A DNA stretch of 63,910 bases, the filler included, from Octopus bimaculoides (lineage: Eukaryota): NCBI RefSeq assembly GCF_001194135.2. It is 4 parts of 4 records of this genome, joined end to end, with 100 filler letters (N's around TTAATTAATTAA, not from the genome) between each part and the next. Parts side by side here need not be neighbours in the genome. Positions count along the whole stretch, not along the records: positions 60,738 to 62,641 come from NC_068983.1; positions 62,742 to 63,910 come from NW_026404671.1; 2 more parts are not named here. The stretch is one strand, 5' to 3'. The position numbers were made by a program, and so were the translations under genes. Under the pieces are notes generated by a model. It worked only from the letters and a program-made list of their open reading frames with translations, ran no database searches and was not told the origin of the DNA. Below, in pieces: positions 61,076 through 63,910 of this stretch (its first letter is position 1; the number at the start of each line of letters is the position of its first letter).

Positions 61076-62641
61076 CAGAGAGTGATAAAGAGAATGGTAT
61101 GGTAAGTAAATATACAGATGGGAAAGGCATAAAAGAGTGAGAGAGAGAGAGATCCTGGTGGAGACAGATAGAGAGTGGGAGATTTGTCGATCTAAGAGTT
61201 GAGTTATTTTTCATAAAAAATTAAATTCTTTGATTAATCATAATCGAATACCTTCTCGATTAGACGCAGATTTCGAAAATCAAATCTTTTCCCGCTTTTC
61301 GTGAGTTTTGTTCTTTTTTTTTTCTTTTCAAAATTACTTGTACCTTTAACATAATCTTGCAACCAGTTTATGGATCATTTCAAATGACCGATCGACTTGA
61401 AAAAAGCTATTAAGCAAAACTAAGCATAGTATTAGCCTTTGTGAATAAAGGAACCAATACCCGTCCATTTCACAAACACTTTTAAATAGTTTCTTCTATC
61501 ATTATGCACTGAAATGACATCCAGCTTAATATTTGGGAAAACTGTCCAAATTATCTTTAACGTCTCTCTAACAAGAACCGAACATAAAAAGAACTATGTG
61601 AGAGAAAATGTTACAGTTGATTCACAAAACGAGTTTGGATATATTAGGTATTCTAAATCTGTGTCAATGACTGTATATAGTTTTACTTTGTTATCTTTGT
61701 CCTCGAGATGAAAGTCTGCTAAAGTGATCACATATTCTAGAGACTCCACTTCCATCGCAATACCATCTATATTTCTTGAACTGAAGCTAAGTAGCAAGTC
61801 TTCAGAGGGTTCTACTTTTGCCGAATGAAAAGTAGACGTTCCGTTCAAATTCTCGATTTACAATTTCTTTCATTTGAATGTCCGACCCAGTTAGTTTCTT
61901 CTTAGTATTTTTCTATGGTGGAAGTGAAAATTGGAACCTATGGATAGCATCTTCTGTAAAAAAAAATTTAAGTCTTCACCTTTTTCGATGTTTTCATTAC
62001 TTTGTACAAGTTTTCTCCGTAATGCCTTTGAATACTGAGGTATACATTCATAAATGTTTCATTCTTGTACATAAGTAGAAGAACGGCATTTCTAATTTGA
62101 TATTTTCTGTGTTGGCATTGTATTTCATCATGGATAATTCTTCAATTGCTTTGTTAAATAGTCCAGGTTGAACTGTTCATGTATAAACCATTAACACATT
62201 TTTCAAATATCATTGTCGTCAAACTGTGATTGTTTACTGAAACAAAAGTAGGACATCGAGTCAACAAGATAGCAAAAATCACACAAAAACTGAGATATCA
62301 TATCCGGTTAATAGGTAGAAACACCAAGTAAAAGTGATGTATTTTGAGTAGATACGAAGAATAATAATAAATGGAGCAAAACGCATATAATCAATAAGTT
62401 CCTTTAATTCCTACATATGTGTCAAAATATATGTGCACTCTACTCCAAAAAAGTAAGAGGTGCTGGAATTGCACATAAATATATATATATATATATAAGA
62501 AAATGAGTAGAAATGGCTTTTCTGAAAATTTTTCCTCTATTAAAGCGGAAAAATTACCAGAAAAGTAATTTTTATTCATTTTCTCAAATATATAATACTG
62601 TAGCAAGGATACTACTTCAGTGGTTCCCAACCTAAGCTCCG

Positions 62642-62741
62642 NNNNNNNNNNNNNNNNNNNNNNNNNNNNNNNNNNNNNNNNNNNNTTAATTAATTAANNN
62701 NNNNNNNNNNNNNNNNNNNNNNNNNNNNNNNNNNNNNNNNN
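62642..62741. other. assembly join with six-frame-stop linker
   Basis: 44 N + TTAATTAATTAA + 44 N. Confidence 0.95.
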
Positions 62742-63910
62742 TATATATATATATAAAGATACATTCATAAATAAATACACATACAGATATAGAAAATAAA
62801 ACAAAAGATGAGAGATTGTTTATGAAATATGAAATAATTATTGTGGAGATAATGACCAACTGTGACGGGTACTATAATAGATGATACTTGCCCAAAGTGC
62901 CATAGAGTGGAACTGAACCTGAAGCCACATGGCTGAAAAACAAACTTCTTAACCATACAGCCTCTGTGTGTGTGTGTGTGTGTGTGTGCGCGCGCACGTA
63001 CACACACACATATATATATATAAGTCTGGTATATATAAACCACAGTGTGTGTGTGTATTGACTAATGCATACATTTCCCCAATTCTTACCGATTTTCACC
63101 AAACTTTATATGCACATTACTTATGTTTCAAGGATGGTCATACACTATAACATTTTGCCCAAAAACTCCCGCATAAATGGACAAACTGGGAAAAACGATG
63201 GTTTACACTGGCTTTTCTCTAATTCGTTGTATGTACATAGTTTTTTTTTGTATGTAGAGTCTTCCTATGGTCTTATATTGGCATTAGAGAATATTTTTTA
63301 GTGGTTTTCATATGTTTTTGATATATTATATATTTGTATGTTGTAATTGTGTATTATTACTTTCTATATTTATTTTATATGTGTATCAATGTGTATTAAG
63401 TTTTTTGGCTAGAGAATATTATAAAAGTGAAAGGATTTTGTCTATTTATTTCGACTGTCAACCAGTGATGGTGATTAAATTGACTAGGAATACTGTACAC
63501 TATGAATATCCTATACCAAACAATCTTAATCTCCATATTTAAACTGCATTAAACTTTGGTAAGCTTACTTTTACATATTCTGAGTTACTTCCATCTCTTC
63601 TATTTGTTGATACCTTTGTTTACCTACCTATGTTTTGTTTCACTTCAAGGATGCTTATTCACCCATCCATTATGATATTTCGACTGTTGTCCATTGTTTC
63701 AAATATGTTTTAGCATTGTTGTTCTAGCCTTTTTTAAACAGTCACAAGAAATTCCGTTTTCATGTAAGAAAACTATATTTGTAGTCATTATCCATAATCA
63801 ACCCCCAAAACACTTTGCATCGGTTGCCAAATTATATGTTCCGTGATATTTAAAGTGCAACAACCTCCACAATAACCAGCCTTCAATTTGATTTTCCGTT
63901 CCTAGGTTAA

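Overview
Eukaryotic, very AT-rich, microsatellite- and SINE-dense genomic DNA. The repeat families and gene content fit an octopus (cephalopod) assembly; the organism call is inference. Two protein-coding loci are supported, both on the + strand. (1) Two exons at 5626-5726 and 10692-10893 together encode one complete fibronectin type III domain matching FN3-2 of a LAR-family receptor tyrosine phosphatase. I found no further canonical LAR exon in the window. (2) A complete 9-exon UBLCP1 gene (CDS 40531-49155, 354 aa) with a UBL domain, a HAD phosphatase DxDxT motif and an extended Ser/Arg-rich C-terminus. Two probable non-coding exons of a minus-strand transcript lie at about 32.6-33.8 kb. The rest is tRNA-derived SINEs, RTE LINE fragments, mariner/hAT/Tigger/Merlin-like MITEs, a Penelope-like LTR and assembly gaps. 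Three 100-bp gaps carry an artificial TTAATTAATTAA six-frame-stop linker (32028, 60682, 62686), so adjacency across them is not guaranteed. The most interesting signal is a set of frame-preserving phase-1 micro/mini-exon candidates (6-39 nt) plus two CpG-rich islands encoding hydrophobic peptides in the LAR introns. These suggest an undescribed splice code or truncated LAR isoforms. They are sequence-based predictions that need RNA-seq.
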